Virus record (IMG/VR): IMGVR_UViG_3300042308_001511
Location: 248,001-312,000 of that record
Reading direction: 5' to 3' (one strand)
Length of the DNA: 64,000 nucleotides
The stretch's first letter is position 1; each line of letters starts with the position of its first letter. The notes under the pieces are model-generated. The model was not told the DNA's origin. It made no database searches and saw only the letters and a program-made list of their open reading frames with translations. Made by a program: the position numbers and the translations under genes. Below are positions 1-10,286 of the stretch, piece by piece.

Positions 1-1
1 A

Positions 2-1273
2 AGTACACTTATAGGAAGTTATGATGGAAAGGGACTCATAGAATCTAGTGTTTTGGTTAATAAAATTGAAAAACCTACGGTAGCAGGAACTTATGTTCTA
101 AAATCTATAGGTAGTAAAAATCAGTGGGTACTTGAGAGTACTAGTGCACTTAGTGTCGGTGTGGCAAATAACACAACATTGAATCCGGGTTATCTTACAT
201 TTACTTCTGGATCTTCTGCGGGTTCTTCTTTATCCATAAACAATGTTAGTGGTAATAAAGCAATAGCATTAGATGCATCAACCTCTCAGCTTTTGGCTAG
301 TAGTGATACTACTAATTCTTCGAGTAAACCAGGTTATTCATTCTTAGGTGCTTCTAGTACAGGTCTTTATGCAAGTACTACAGAAGTTGGTATTTCATTG
401 GGTGGTTCTAAAACTATTTATTCAACATCTACTTCGACTAAAATTAGTGTTGCTGGTTTGGAAGTTGCTAAGTTTGAAGGTACTGCTATATTTCTAAACA
501 AGGGTACTACCATATCAGGTGGTACTACAACTATAACAGGTGGTCTTTTAGTTGCATCTACTTTTGGATATACTTTCGGAACTCCAGGTACTGGAAAAGT
601 ATTGACATCTGATTCCACGGGTAACGCACTATGGTCTTCGTTAGGTATGCCTTATGGAACAATAATAATGTGGGCATTTGATGCTGGTTCGATACCACCG
701 GATTTTAAGATTTGTAATGGTGTTGGATTTATTTTTGTAAATGGTGCGTATAAAGCTATACCTGATCTTAGGGATAGAAACATATCAGCTTCGAGTGATA
801 ATTCAACGGGTCCATATGGAAGTCTTACACCTACTACACAACAAACCGTTACTCTTTCGAATAGTCATTTACCACAACACTACCACAGTATTGACACTGC
901 TGTAAAAAATTATGCAGGTGAGAACGGTGGTGCTATAGTAGCTGCTTGGTCCACATTTACAGAGACAACGAATGGTGGTGCAGGACATACACACACTTTA
1001 AATTCAAGAGATGGATGTGCGGATAATTCTAGTTCCAGAAACTTTGGAAGTCATACGGGTGACTGTACTAGGTACACAGGTTATACTAAAATAACCGGAT
1101 CGGTTACAACATCACTCGATGGTTACACTGGTGGTCTGACTAGGTGGCAAGGTGCTGGTAATGTAAACCAACCATTCGCCGTACCATTTCTGAGAGGTTA
1201 TAAACTTATATTTTTGATAAAGTTTAACCCTGATGCAAATGCTAGCCAAAGTGGACATTATAAAGCAACTTAA
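2..1273 (+). CDS. Tail fibre/baseplate-type protein with phage tail-collar domain (5' partial)
   Basis: Frame is open from base 2, so the gene starts upstream of the window. G/S/T-rich; PYGTIIMWAF..IPPDFKICNG..IPDLRDR is the tail-collar signature. Confidence 0.75.
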   Translation, partial: STLIGSYDGKGLIESSVLVNKIEKPTVAGTYVLKSIGSKNQWVLESTSALSVGVANNTTLNPGYLTFTSGSSAGSSLSINNVSGNKAIALDASTSQLLASSDTTNSSSKPGYSFLGASSTGLYASTTEVGISLGGSKTIYSTSTSTKISVAGLEVAKFEGTAIFLNKGTTISGGTTTITGGLLVASTFGYTFGTPGTGKVLTSDSTGNALWSSLGMPYGTIIMWAFDAGSIPPDFKICNGVGFIFVNGAYKAIPDLRDRNISASSDNSTGPYGSLTPTTQQTVTLSNSHLPQHYHSIDTAVKNYAGENGGAIVAAWSTFTETTNGGAGHTHTLNSRDGCADNSSSRNFGSHTGDCTRYTGYTKITGSVTTSLDGYTGGLTRWQGAGNVNQPFAVPFLRGYKLIFLIKFNPDANASQSGHYKAT

Positions 1274-2224
1274 TCAAAGAACCTCTCTAGCAATCCTGAC
1301 GAAACCATCAACACGACCCATTGTGTAGTAGTGTAAACAAGGTGCTCCTCTCTTTATTAGATCCTTCGATTGTTCTACACACCAACGTTCGCCAAGCGTT
1401 CGTATTGCGGTATCGTCTTTACACAATAAAGCTTCTTTGTGTAAAGCCTCAGGTATGTCAATCGAGAAAACACGTGGAATCATCGAAATCTGTGCCTTAC
1501 TTGCTAATGGTTTCAAACCCGGTATAATTGGAACCGTAATACCTGCTACACGACACTTAGCAACAAAGTCGAAGTATTTATCATTGTCATAGAATAGTTG
1601 TGTCACTACATAGTCAGCACCTGCATCCACCTTTGCTTTCAACCAATCAATGTCACTTGTTGGATTCACCGCCTCTGCGTGTTTTTCAGGATAACCAGCA
1701 ACACCCATACAGAAGTTAGTAGAAACCCCATTCAAATCTTCTTCAAGATAAACACCTTTGTTCAAATCAGATACTTGTCTAACTAAATCAATCGCATGAG
1801 AATGACCACCCGGCTCCGCTGAAAATACCTTTTCATTCTTAGTAGGGTCTCCTCTCAATACTAACATATTTTCAATACCTAAATAATGAAGATCCAAAAG
1901 TGCATCCTCGGTCTCCTCTTTGGTAAAACCACCACAGATAATGTGTGGTACCGTATCGACACCATATTTATGTGTGATTGAAGAACATATTCCGACCGTC
2001 CCAGGACGTTTTCGAATATGTACTTTCTCTAACAAACCATTGTCTCTCTTTTTATAGATGAACTCCGCTCTGTGATAGGTCACATTTATGAAAGGTGGCT
2101 TGAACTCCATAAGTGGATCAAGTATATCGTATAAATCTACGATGTTACTACCTTTCAATGGTGGTAGTATTTCGAAACTTGCAAATGGTTTTTTCGCTTT
2201 AGCTATGTGTTCTGTTACCTTCAT
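1274..2224 (-). CDS. metF: 5,10-methylenetetrahydrofolate reductase
   Basis: SFEILPP, VPHIICGG, LVLRGD, AGYPEKH, KVDAGADYVVTQLF, IPIIPG, LHYYTM motifs; Bacteroidota-type HRAEFIYK..RKRPGTVGIC insert. Confidence 0.95.
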   Translation of the reverse strand: MKVTEHIAKAKKPFASFEILPPLKGSNIVDLYDILDPLMEFKPPFINVTYHRAEFIYKKRDNGLLEKVHIRKRPGTVGICSSITHKYGVDTVPHIICGGFTKEETEDALLDLHYLGIENMLVLRGDPTKNEKVFSAEPGGHSHAIDLVRQVSDLNKGVYLEEDLNGVSTNFCMGVAGYPEKHAEAVNPTSDIDWLKAKVDAGADYVVTQLFYDNDKYFDFVAKCRVAGITVPIIPGLKPLASKAQISMIPRVFSIDIPEALHKEALLCKDDTAIRTLGERWCVEQSKDLIKRGAPCLHYYTMGRVDGFVRIAREVL

Positions 2225-2808
2225 TTCTTCTTTCTCTTTCTTTTTAGTATCTCATTGAACTGTTCGGCCATCTCAGGTGTTGCTTTTACACGGTCTCGGT
2301 AGCCGACGTATAGGACTTCTCCGGTCAATTTGACGTAGTTCGCATGTCTAAGCAACAACTCCCACCAAGCAACGTAGTCCTCGCCTTCAAGAGAAGTGGG
2401 ATAAAGTTGGAGAGCCAATCTGTGTGTTGTAAAGAATGTACTCATTTCCTTTTTAGATGATTTGTTAATCATTCCCCACTCCTCAATCAGCCTCTGATAA
2501 TCCTTTGAAAAAAGAGACTGCATCTTTATGGTGAGTTCTGAAAGACTCGGGTCGACATCTCCGAATACTGCATCAATCTGGTTGGCTCTTTTCTGTTCGG
2601 TAATGTAGGAATCCATTGAGAAGTCCTCAATAAGTTCCCAAACACGTATGCTGTACTCAACATCATCGGCTCTTTGATCCTTACTAAGGTACGCAGTAAT
2701 CTTAGCAATTTCTTTCCTTAGTGATTTCTCAGTCTCGAAAGTTTTAAAACTTATTTTATAACGTCCTCGCCAATCTTTAAACTTACGTATCAAATCCCAT
2801 CTTTTCAT
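2221..2808 (-). CDS. Hypothetical protein
   Basis: 195-aa ORF, stop overlaps metF start (ATGA). Confidence 0.6.
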   Translation of the reverse strand: MKRWDLIRKFKDWRGRYKISFKTFETEKSLRKEIAKITAYLSKDQRADDVEYSIRVWELIEDFSMDSYITEQKRANQIDAVFGDVDPSLSELTIKMQSLFSKDYQRLIEEWGMINKSSKKEMSTFFTTHRLALQLYPTSLEGEDYVAWWELLLRHANYVKLTGEVLYVGYRDRVKATPEMAEQFNEILKRKRKKK

Positions 2809-2819
2809 AAATATTGATA

Positions 2820-2850
2820 TAAAAAAAGAGCCGATTGTTTAAACCGACTC
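2820..2850 (-). terminator. Intrinsic terminator
   Basis: GAGTCGGTT..AATCGGCTC + T7 on the minus strand, downstream of 2864..3202. Confidence 0.6.
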
Positions 2851-2863
2851 TCAAATATTAAGA

Positions 2864-3202
2864 TTACTTCCAGAAAATCTGTATCAGTACGACGAGCATC
2901 GAAAGTAACACACAGATTGCAGTTTTTGTGTTGAGACCCTCTCCGAAAACAATGTTCGACATAACTCCGAAAACCACAATACCAATACTGAATCCGATTA
3001 TTCTGGACGGCCATAGCTGACCATCGCCCCATATTACTAAATTTCGAACTGAATTCAAAAAGAACCAAGAGATTGGTAGTCCCATCAGTAAGACAAGCCA
3101 TGTGTTATTTTTGAGTAAATCGAACTTCATTGTTCCTTGTAATTGTAGGAAGACACCAATCTGTCCGAGTATTCCCCAAAGTATTCCGTATAATAGATTC
3201 AT
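2864..3202 (-). CDS. Small 4-TM membrane protein (DMT/SMR-like)
   Basis: Four hydrophobic segments, 112 aa. Confidence 0.55.
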   Translation of the reverse strand: MNLLYGILWGILGQIGVFLQLQGTMKFDLLKNNTWLVLLMGLPISWFFLNSVRNLVIWGDGQLWPSRIIGFSIGIVVFGVMSNIVFGEGLNTKTAICVLLSMLVVLIQIFWK

Positions 3203-3210
3203 ATTTTATA

Positions 3211-4587
3211 TTATTTACCGAAGTCTTTCCACCTAATTATTTTCGACTCGTTCTTTTTCACTTTCGCACTTATTTTAGCATGAAGTGGATTCGATGCAGA
3301 TGGTTTGGCTAAACTGTAAAGTTTGCTCAACTTCTTTAACAACTTATTTGTGGTATTACGAAAGAACTTCTCTTTGTCTTTGAAATAATTCACCGGATTT
3401 TGAACGTCTCTACGTGCAACTTTGATGAATGAATCTAAATACTCTTGTTTTTCTTCATCTGTCGCATCATCTTCTGGATCAATAAGAGACATTCCAAAAA
3501 GTGAAGGAGTTCTAAGTTTATCAATCAAATCACCGATACTCGATGTATTTATGTTATGTACTACCAATTGAATAAGTTTATCAATAATTTCGTCATCTGA
3601 GTATTCATCTGGTTCTTCCGTTTTTTCTTGTGATTCATCTGGATCTTCCAGTTCTTCTTGTGATTCATCTGGATCTTCCAGTTCTTCTTGTGATTCATCT
3701 GGATCTTCTGTAATTTTCGGTGATGGTTTAATAACTTTCTTTATTTCATCCATATCCGCCTTTAATTCTTCAACAAAACCATCGAATGTCCACTCATTTA
3801 TTTGTTTGAGCATTTTATATGTTTCGTTACTAGTCAGATACTCTTCAAACTTCTCTTGTTCTGCACCTTGTGCATCCATTGCACTGGCAACTTCTGCATT
3901 TCTAACCATAGATTCACATCTTGTTGTGTAGTAGAGATAGAATAAGAAATCATCAATTGGTTTTATACCGAACCTGATATTATTGTACGCAGCATACTTT
4001 GCAGAAGATTTGTGTTCTTCACCACCTTTCACGTGTCCAAGATCATATGCGTGCATAATTTCGTGTCCAATTGATGATACCATACGTGCTTTGTTGTACT
4101 CGAACGTCTCGATAACCATTCTTTCCCAATACTCGTTCTCATTCACACTCTCCTTAGGTTCAGAGAATATAAGTTTTATTTGTAAATCAATCAATCCATC
4201 GTCCTCATAGATTGTTTTAAAGTTCTTTCGGTCTATTTGTGCCTTTGGTCCGTATCCTGCACCAGCCATCCTATCACCAGGACTTTTCTCTTGTCGGTCT
4301 TCTGGGAAATCAACAACGTCAAATTTAATCAGAACGTTAAACTCTTTAATCTCATAATCATTTATAGACTTTACGTCACCAAGATCTTTTGCACGAATAT
4401 ATGTTGTAAGATAGATGTGTCTGGTTGGATATTTATATTCATCCGGATCCGCACGTTCTTCGTCGATACTATAATATCCATCATTCAACTTTTTGATAAG
4501 CAAATCATAAAGTTTACCCGAAATTTCAACTAAGCCCTTAGGTACACCAACCGCCTCGAAACTTTTGAAACCCTCAATATTCCTCAT
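3211..4587 (-). CDS. N-tag protein with zincin HExxH motif and acidic repeat
   Basis: MRNIEGFKSFEA start; SIGHEIMHAY plus downstream E (RCESMVRNAE); late motif at 4607-4617. Confidence 0.65.
   Translation of the reverse strand: MRNIEGFKSFEAVGVPKGLVEISGKLYDLLIKKLNDGYYSIDEERADPDEYKYPTRHIYLTTYIRAKDLGDVKSINDYEIKEFNVLIKFDVVDFPEDRQEKSPGDRMAGAGYGPKAQIDRKNFKTIYEDDGLIDLQIKLIFSEPKESVNENEYWERMVIETFEYNKARMVSSIGHEIMHAYDLGHVKGGEEHKSSAKYAAYNNIRFGIKPIDDFLFYLYYTTRCESMVRNAEVASAMDAQGAEQEKFEEYLTSNETYKMLKQINEWTFDGFVEELKADMDEIKKVIKPSPKITEDPDESQEELEDPDESQEELEDPDESQEKTEEPDEYSDDEIIDKLIQLVVHNINTSSIGDLIDKLRTPSLFGMSLIDPEDDATDEEKQEYLDSFIKVARRDVQNPVNYFKDKEKFFRNTTNKLLKKLSKLYSLAKPSASNPLHAKISAKVKKNESKIIRWKDFGK
3601..3710. 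repeat. 30-bp coding tandem repeat (EDPDESQEEL), about 3.5 copies
   Basis: tgattcatctggatcttccagttcttcttg at 3631 and 3661, partial at 3691, degenerate at 3601. Confidence 0.95.
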
Positions 4588-4631
4588 ATAAAAAAATAAG
4601 TTTAGGGTATATATAAAACTCCATAGATGGT

Positions 4632-5276
4632 TTACCTAATACTGACCTGAATCTCATTACCATCTATGAACTGGCACCAAGCAAACCTACCATCCTGAGA
4701 TACATTTACATCAAATCCCCACGTCTTCAAAGATTGAACGGATCTTTCGTGTTTCACATGTGTTACATCATCCAGTAATAACACTTTATTGCGTCTTATA
4801 TTCAATGGCCACGACATAAACTCAATAAATTCTAAATAACCAACACCACCTGCACTATCTAAAAATACTAATTGTTTAGTCTCATTTTTGGCGAACAGAC
4901 TAAGTGCATCCTCAACTAAAACCGGATATAAAACTTCTTGAATATAAGATACTTTAGGTCTCGTAGAATCATAGATACCACCATCTGGGAAAGTCATAGA
5001 CATAATACCCTTTATTAAGTTTTCCCTTTTTAGTGAAAGACCATGAACGAAGCAAACATTATCTAAACCTTCCAAGTTTTGTACAGCATGTGTTATATGA
5101 TTAGGATTACATTCAATTGTAAAAACATTTAGACCTTCACCTGCGAAAACCTTTGTAGAACCGGTGCCCAAAAACGTACCAGTCTCTACAACTTCATTTA
5201 TATTATATTCCTTAACTAAACGTTTTACTGTGTCTCTAAACTCGTTCGAGTTCAACTCTATACCATAGTTTGCCAT
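4632..5276 (-). CDS. Class I SAM-dependent methyltransferase
   Basis: VVETGTFLGTGST motif I; VFLDS; LLLDD. Confidence 0.7.
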   Translation of the reverse strand: MANYGIELNSNEFRDTVKRLVKEYNINEVVETGTFLGTGSTKVFAGEGLNVFTIECNPNHITHAVQNLEGLDNVCFVHGLSLKRENLIKGIMSMTFPDGGIYDSTRPKVSYIQEVLYPVLVEDALSLFAKNETKQLVFLDSAGGVGYLEFIEFMSWPLNIRRNKVLLLDDVTHVKHERSVQSLKTWGFDVNVSQDGRFAWCQFIDGNEIQVSIR

Positions 5277-5277
5277 A

Positions 5278-5673
5278 TTATTCTATTCCTAATTTTTCAA
5301 GTCTGACGTCACGCCAATCTTGTGTATTCTTTTGATCCACCACCATATCCACTGATTCACTATAATAACCATTCGATTCTCCAAACCATCTAATAGTAAC
5401 CCAACCTTTTATAGTTGCAAAACGATAAAAGGTCCAGGTTGCACTTTCATATTTACCAGTAACATCAACATTTGAACTTTCTTCACAGACAATAAGTGGT
5501 GAACCTTCGAGATCCGATAAGTCACCACAAATATCATCTATCGTAACAGACTCACAACAATCCTGACTATGCATAAATGTGTATATCCTACCATCTTCGC
5601 AATACATAACAATACTTTCGTCAATACACCTGACCGCGAACATCGTTAATCCAACTAAATCATTTACCATCAT
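5278..5673 (-). CDS. Conserved phage protein (DUF7448-like), C-tag
   Basis: QDCCESV..DICGDL..TWTFY..IRWFGESNGYYSE; ends WRDVRLEKLGIE. Confidence 0.65.
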   Translation of the reverse strand: MMVNDLVGLTMFAVRCIDESIVMYCEDGRIYTFMHSQDCCESVTIDDICGDLSDLEGSPLIVCEESSNVDVTGKYESATWTFYRFATIKGWVTIRWFGESNGYYSESVDMVVDQKNTQDWRDVRLEKLGIE

Positions 5674-5694
5674 TTTTTTGTTTATGCTACGTTG

Positions 5695-6384
5695 TTATGC
5701 TACGTTGGTAACCATATAAGTTGCCATCGCTTCCCATCTATCTGGAAAATTTACAGCCATCTTAGTTACCATTATAAACATCCTCATATTTATAGATACT
5801 TTATCTTTTACAGAATCTAAGAAGTTTAAAGCTTCTATTTTTATTTCTCTGCAGTATTCTGGAAGAACGTTGTCTATTATTGCACTCATTCGTTCAACTT
5901 TATCTTCTGGTGACATAGATAAATCTACCACAAGACTTCTCGAAAGAACTGCTTGGTCAAGTGAAGACTTCTTTTTATTTGATATAAAAATTATACGACC
6001 GTTGAATTTGAACTTATTCGGATACTCGTCAGATTTGTTCATTTTAGACATCCATGTAATCTCTCTTTCATCATATGAATCAAGTGCAGACTTAAGTATG
6101 TTGATTGCAACTTTGTCCTCTAACACAGAATCACAATCGTCGAAAATAATAACCTTACCGTTGTTATCATAAAGAGAGTTGTAAAGACCTCTGGCAGTTG
6201 AATAACCTTTGAAGAAAACATACTCTTGTTCCTCCATACCACATTCAACTAACGCATTCTTTATAGAATACGATTTTCCCAAGCCCCCTTCCCCCGTCAC
6301 AATCAGCGATGGTGAAACACCCATTATAACCATCTTAGCCAAATCTCCTAAAAACCCAAATCTTTTGTTTATCTCAAATTCCAT
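5695..6384 (-). CDS. AAA+ family ATPase
   Basis: Walker A GEGGLGKS, Walker B IIFDDCD, IIFISN sensor, LSRS arginine finger. Confidence 0.85.
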   Translation of the reverse strand: MEFEINKRFGFLGDLAKMVIMGVSPSLIVTGEGGLGKSYSIKNALVECGMEEQEYVFFKGYSTARGLYNSLYDNNGKVIIFDDCDSVLEDKVAINILKSALDSYDEREITWMSKMNKSDEYPNKFKFNGRIIFISNKKKSSLDQAVLSRSLVVDLSMSPEDKVERMSAIIDNVLPEYCREIKIEALNFLDSVKDKVSINMRMFIMVTKMAVNFPDRWEAMATYMVTNVA

Positions 6385-6453
6385 ACGTTCCTTATTTGTT
6401 ACACTACAAATATAACAAAACTAAATAACAAAACAATAAAACAATAAAACAAT

Positions 6454-6912
6454 TTATAGCGACTCGTAAACAAAATCCGCTGCTGTACACGGTGCCGAAG
6501 TAGCGAGTTGATCACACCTTTCATTGAGTTCAGTACCTACGTGACCTTTTACCCAATTTATCTTTACTGACTTTAATCTCCTCGAAACCGAAAGGTATTC
6601 CTTCCATAAATCAGGGTTTTTCTTACCACTAAATCCTTTCTTTTCCCAACCGAATACCCAACCCTTCATCACAGAGTCACAAACGTATTTAGAGTCGGTA
6701 TAGACAACTACATCTAAATCTTGACGAGTTATCGCCCTTAGACCTTCGATAGTGGCAGTAAGTTCCATCCTATTATTTGTTGTCATCCTGAAACCACCAC
6801 TTAGTTCTTTACGTTTCCCTTTCCAACAAAGAACCACGCCCCATCCACCAGGACCGGGATTTCCTCTGGATGATCCGTCTGTCCAGACTTCTACTTTAGA
6901 TTCTTTTTCCAT
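6454..6912 (-). CDS. rnhA: Ribonuclease HI
   Basis: WTDGSSRGNPGPGGWG, TTNNRMEL, YTDSKYV, KNPDLW, WVKGH, NERCDQLA. Confidence 0.97.
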   Translation of the reverse strand: MEKESKVEVWTDGSSRGNPGPGGWGVVLCWKGKRKELSGGFRMTTNNRMELTATIEGLRAITRQDLDVVVYTDSKYVCDSVMKGWVFGWEKKGFSGKKNPDLWKEYLSVSRRLKSVKINWVKGHVGTELNERCDQLATSAPCTAADFVYESL

Positions 6913-6947
6913 ATTATATTTTTGTATTTAAACTCATAAAATAATTA

Positions 6948-7673
6948 CTAAAAGGGAAGGTAATCGTCGTTGTTGTAGGTTATTGGTTCCTTACCATGCT
7001 CTGTCACGAACTCTATCTCTTCCAGTTCCAGTACTGCGTGTATCCTTAGGTCTCTTATACTATCGTATCCTTTCAGTGGCTTCCATCCACGAGAGTCTAG
7101 CTTCCACGTCCTGGCGTTTGTCCTATCTGTTCGCATCTTACCGGAGTAGTTCGTTTGGTAGTGCATCGTCTGACAGTGAAGCACTGCTTCAGGGTGGTTC
7201 TCATAAAGTTTTTCACCATCCCAACTAACACCACAACACGAGATGTCCACGTTCTGAACGACTGCTGCGATTGGGTTATCTGCTGTAAATCCTGTAGGTC
7301 TTATGAGTTGAACAATCGCCATATTCTTCGGATTGAGCCAGGTCCTGGGTTCGTCGATTATCTTAAGGTTTTTGTACATCGCACCTAGGTCCTTCCCAGT
7401 GAGATTCTCCATATAAACGAATCCTTTAGAATGTAGAACTGCCTCTGCAGTGTGTAACATCTTCGAACCGAGTACTATATCAACATCATGTATATCTTGC
7501 TCGGCAATTGAATCTCTTATAGCACCACCGAAGATGCGTATGAACGGTTCTCCGACGATCTGACGGAACTTCGCAACAGTCCTGGGTATTCCTTCCACTA
7601 TTATTTTTTTTGGTCTTAGAAGTTCGTTAGAATCGAATCCAAGGTAGTCATCTAATCTTTTCTTTATGTCCAT
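6948..7673 (-). CDS. Nucleotidyltransferase (poly(A) pol/CCA head-domain-like)
   Basis: IFGGAIRD..DVDI and VDISCCG motifs; C-tag-like IRDLRIHAVL near the C-terminus. Confidence 0.7.
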   Translation of the reverse strand: MDIKKRLDDYLGFDSNELLRPKKIIVEGIPRTVAKFRQIVGEPFIRIFGGAIRDSIAEQDIHDVDIVLGSKMLHTAEAVLHSKGFVYMENLTGKDLGAMYKNLKIIDEPRTWLNPKNMAIVQLIRPTGFTADNPIAAVVQNVDISCCGVSWDGEKLYENHPEAVLHCQTMHYQTNYSGKMRTDRTNARTWKLDSRGWKPLKGYDSIRDLRIHAVLELEEIEFVTEHGKEPITYNNDDYLPF

Positions 7674-8177
7674 CTACTTAAGCATTTTTATTATCTTTTC
7701 TTTTATTCCGCTCTGTTTTATACCTTCATTCATTTTCTTTGTGTGTACAAAGTTTTTCAAAGCAGAAAGATCCATATCATCAATTGCGACCCACTTAACA
7801 ACGTGTGGGTTTTTTTCTAACCATTCATTTATTTCACCGACACGTAGCTCTGGTGACTTAAATGATGAGTGATGGTTTGGTGTGCAATCAATTGGTTGTT
7901 TGTAAACACCATAGTCTGTGAACATCTGTTTTAATTCTTCTAAACTACAATAAAGTTTCCAATCAGAAGAAACTACTATATCTGCACCAGTTTCTTCAAT
8001 TATAGTGTTTAGAATTTTCACCGCTTTGATATCAAAGTTGTCCATTTTGACCGACGCTGGTGCAGGAACATCAGGATTTTCAAGATTCCAACGTTTTATT
8101 TTTTTGGCACGAGTACCCCATTGCATAGCAAGGCATACGACACCATCATTGTCTAGAAATATTATCTTGTCGTTCAT
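7674..8177 (-). CDS. HAD-superfamily protein (Swiss-army RNA-repair-like HAD)
   Basis: IFLDNDGV, IVVSSDWK, WVAIDD. Confidence 0.8.
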   Translation of the reverse strand: MNDKIIFLDNDGVVCLAMQWGTRAKKIKRWNLENPDVPAPASVKMDNFDIKAVKILNTIIEETGADIVVSSDWKLYCSLEELKQMFTDYGVYKQPIDCTPNHHSSFKSPELRVGEINEWLEKNPHVVKWVAIDDMDLSALKNFVHTKKMNEGIKQSGIKEKIIKMLK

Positions 8178-8217
8178 TAATAAAATTTATCTTACGAATA
8201 TAAGAATAATTTTTGAA

Positions 8218-8745
8218 TCAATCTTCGTATTTTATGAAATGCGCCATAATCGAGTACATCGAACGGTGTATGGTTAGAAGGTACGTGCAATCCATATCGA
8301 GTTCTGAACATACCTTACCACACGCGTCCTCTATCTTTTCGATAATCTCACGTTCGTTGTCAAATATCTCCTGATCGTTTACGTTCGCTTCCCTCCTGTG
8401 GCTGACGTTGGTTATGTAGAAAACCTTCGTAGGTGTCAGATCTCCGTTCTCTATGTTTCCTATAAAGGAAATCTGTTGGGTATTTTCACCCATCGTTAGA
8501 TTTCTTTCGCTGAAGTCGTGTGATACACGAAGTCTCTTGTTCATAGTTATCTCAATATTCTCGTACGGATCCTGATCATCATCACCGTTTCCGTATGGAA
8601 AGTACTCGTGGTTTATATTGAAATCTGACCATTCGTCTTCATCCGTTATGTCCGCGAAACAGTATTTGATTGCCTGAAGTCTTCCGTCTTCCTCAATCTC
8701 TTGTAAGTCCTCTTTTATAAACTCTTTCCAGTTTCTTATCTTCAT
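8218..8745 (-). CDS. N-tag hypothetical protein
   Basis: MKIRNWKEFIKE start; co-transcribed with 8754..10031. Confidence 0.6.
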   Translation of the reverse strand: MKIRNWKEFIKEDLQEIEEDGRLQAIKYCFADITDEDEWSDFNINHEYFPYGNGDDDQDPYENIEITMNKRLRVSHDFSERNLTMGENTQQISFIGNIENGDLTPTKVFYITNVSHRREANVNDQEIFDNEREIIEKIEDACGKVCSELDMDCTYLLTIHRSMYSIMAHFIKYED

Positions 8746-8753
8746 AACGTATC

Positions 8754-10031
8754 TTATTTTCCTGTTCCTTCGCAGTATTCACAACTTTCAGAGTCGTAGT
8801 TTGTGTTGCAGGTGGAACACTCGACTTGACCGTCACCGTTACAATATTCACATTCCATTGTTCCACGACCACCGCACTCCTCACAATCAACTTCCTCGGT
8901 CTCACCTTCGCTATCCTCTATCTCAATCGATCCGTCACCGTCACAGGTTCCACATTGCCAGCTTCCTGTTCCTTCACAGTCTCCGCACTCCTGCATACCT
9001 TTGTTACAATCCGGACAGAGCTTGTGACCTCCTTCACAGTGTACACAATCACAACTTCCGTCCATTTCTTCGAGTTCCATATCGTATTCGGTACCGAAGT
9101 ATCCGTCGTTGTTACTTATTATCATATCGTTCTTGAAGAAATACTTAAGAGTGTCCATATATGGCCATTGTGAGTAGTGGTCACTACCCATCTCAACAGT
9201 GAAATATTTTGCACTCTCATCTTCTTTACCTTTGTAAATTGCGGTGAAATGCTCGTCATTGTTTTGAGACTCTTTGTAATGGTAACCATTGTCGTTGGCC
9301 CAGTTTTTGAAAACATTAACAAGTGACTCCTCGTTTGTGTAGATCCTATCCATCAACTTACCTTGTTTCTCGTACTTCATCTGGTACCCTTTATTCGAGT
9401 ATATTGCGATGTCAGTCCAGAGTATGGCTCTACCGACGATTAGATTCTGGTCTTCTGGAGACTTAAGTATGAGCAGCTTGCAGACGTCCGGATTGTTGGC
9501 GTATAAGTCAAAGTAATCAGATTTGTGTGCGTGTCTCATACACGACTTACCTAAGTCACCCTCTTGATTATAATAATTATTTACATTGTAGAACTTCCTG
9601 ATGTCTTCACCATCGACGACCTCCAAATACTTCTCCATATCATTAGCAAGTTGCTGCTCTCCTTTGTATCTGGTGACAAATTTGTAGACGTCCTCCTCGT
9701 TAACCTCAACGAATGGATCATCGAGGTTATATTCTTTGACCCATTGTCTTACAGCATTTATAATTGAGTTAACTACTTTACCGATGTTAGCGAGTTGTTT
9801 TTTATCACTCTCTGGGTGGTTAGTGAAACTGGCTTTACCGACCTCTCTTGACAAACCGATGTAGGTCTGTCTGAGTTTCTCGAAATCTCCACCACCTAAC
9901 TTTATAAGTGCTGCTGCGACCTTATCTTGGTGTTTGTTACTTATTATTTGTAGGGTGTCGAAAAAGTCTTCCTCGAAAATAAGGTACATCTCGTTCAACA
10001 TGAATAGTTCGTACGTCTTTAGTTTTCTCAT
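8754..10031 (-). CDS. N-tag protein with SC/GRA/DRxY domain and C-terminal DnaJ-like Zn fingers
   Basis: MRKLKTYELF start; repeated CxxCxGxG (CGDCEGTG, CGTCDGDG, CEECGGRG, CEYCEGTG); late motif 10036-10046. Confidence 0.7.
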   Translation of the reverse strand: MRKLKTYELFMLNEMYLIFEEDFFDTLQIISNKHQDKVAAALIKLGGGDFEKLRQTYIGLSREVGKASFTNHPESDKKQLANIGKVVNSIINAVRQWVKEYNLDDPFVEVNEEDVYKFVTRYKGEQQLANDMEKYLEVVDGEDIRKFYNVNNYYNQEGDLGKSCMRHAHKSDYFDLYANNPDVCKLLILKSPEDQNLIVGRAILWTDIAIYSNKGYQMKYEKQGKLMDRIYTNEESLVNVFKNWANDNGYHYKESQNNDEHFTAIYKGKEDESAKYFTVEMGSDHYSQWPYMDTLKYFFKNDMIISNNDGYFGTEYDMELEEMDGSCDCVHCEGGHKLCPDCNKGMQECGDCEGTGSWQCGTCDGDGSIEIEDSEGETEEVDCEECGGRGTMECEYCNGDGQVECSTCNTNYDSESCEYCEGTGK

Positions 10032-10061
10032 AAGGTTATATATAAAAAACTAAATTCCGAT

Positions 10062-10273
10062 TCATAATCCAAGCTCTTTCATCTTGATAATCTAAAGTGT
10101 TCTATTTCTATGTTATAAATTTCACATATACTCTCAGTTGACATCTTAGAAAAAAGTTCTGGTGTCAAACCATGCTTGAAATATCCATCTATGAACCAAT
10201 GACAGCGTTGTCTTGCCTCGTAAATCTGTGCATCAAGATCGAACGTACTTATTACTTTTTGTAGTGGTTTCAT
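10062..10273 (-). pseudogene. Hypothetical protein, C-tag split by an apparent 1-nt frameshift
   Basis: ORF ends HFRLSR* at 10079; the -1 frame continues MKELGL* to 10062. Confidence 0.55.
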
Positions 10274-10286
10274 AGTACAAATATAA

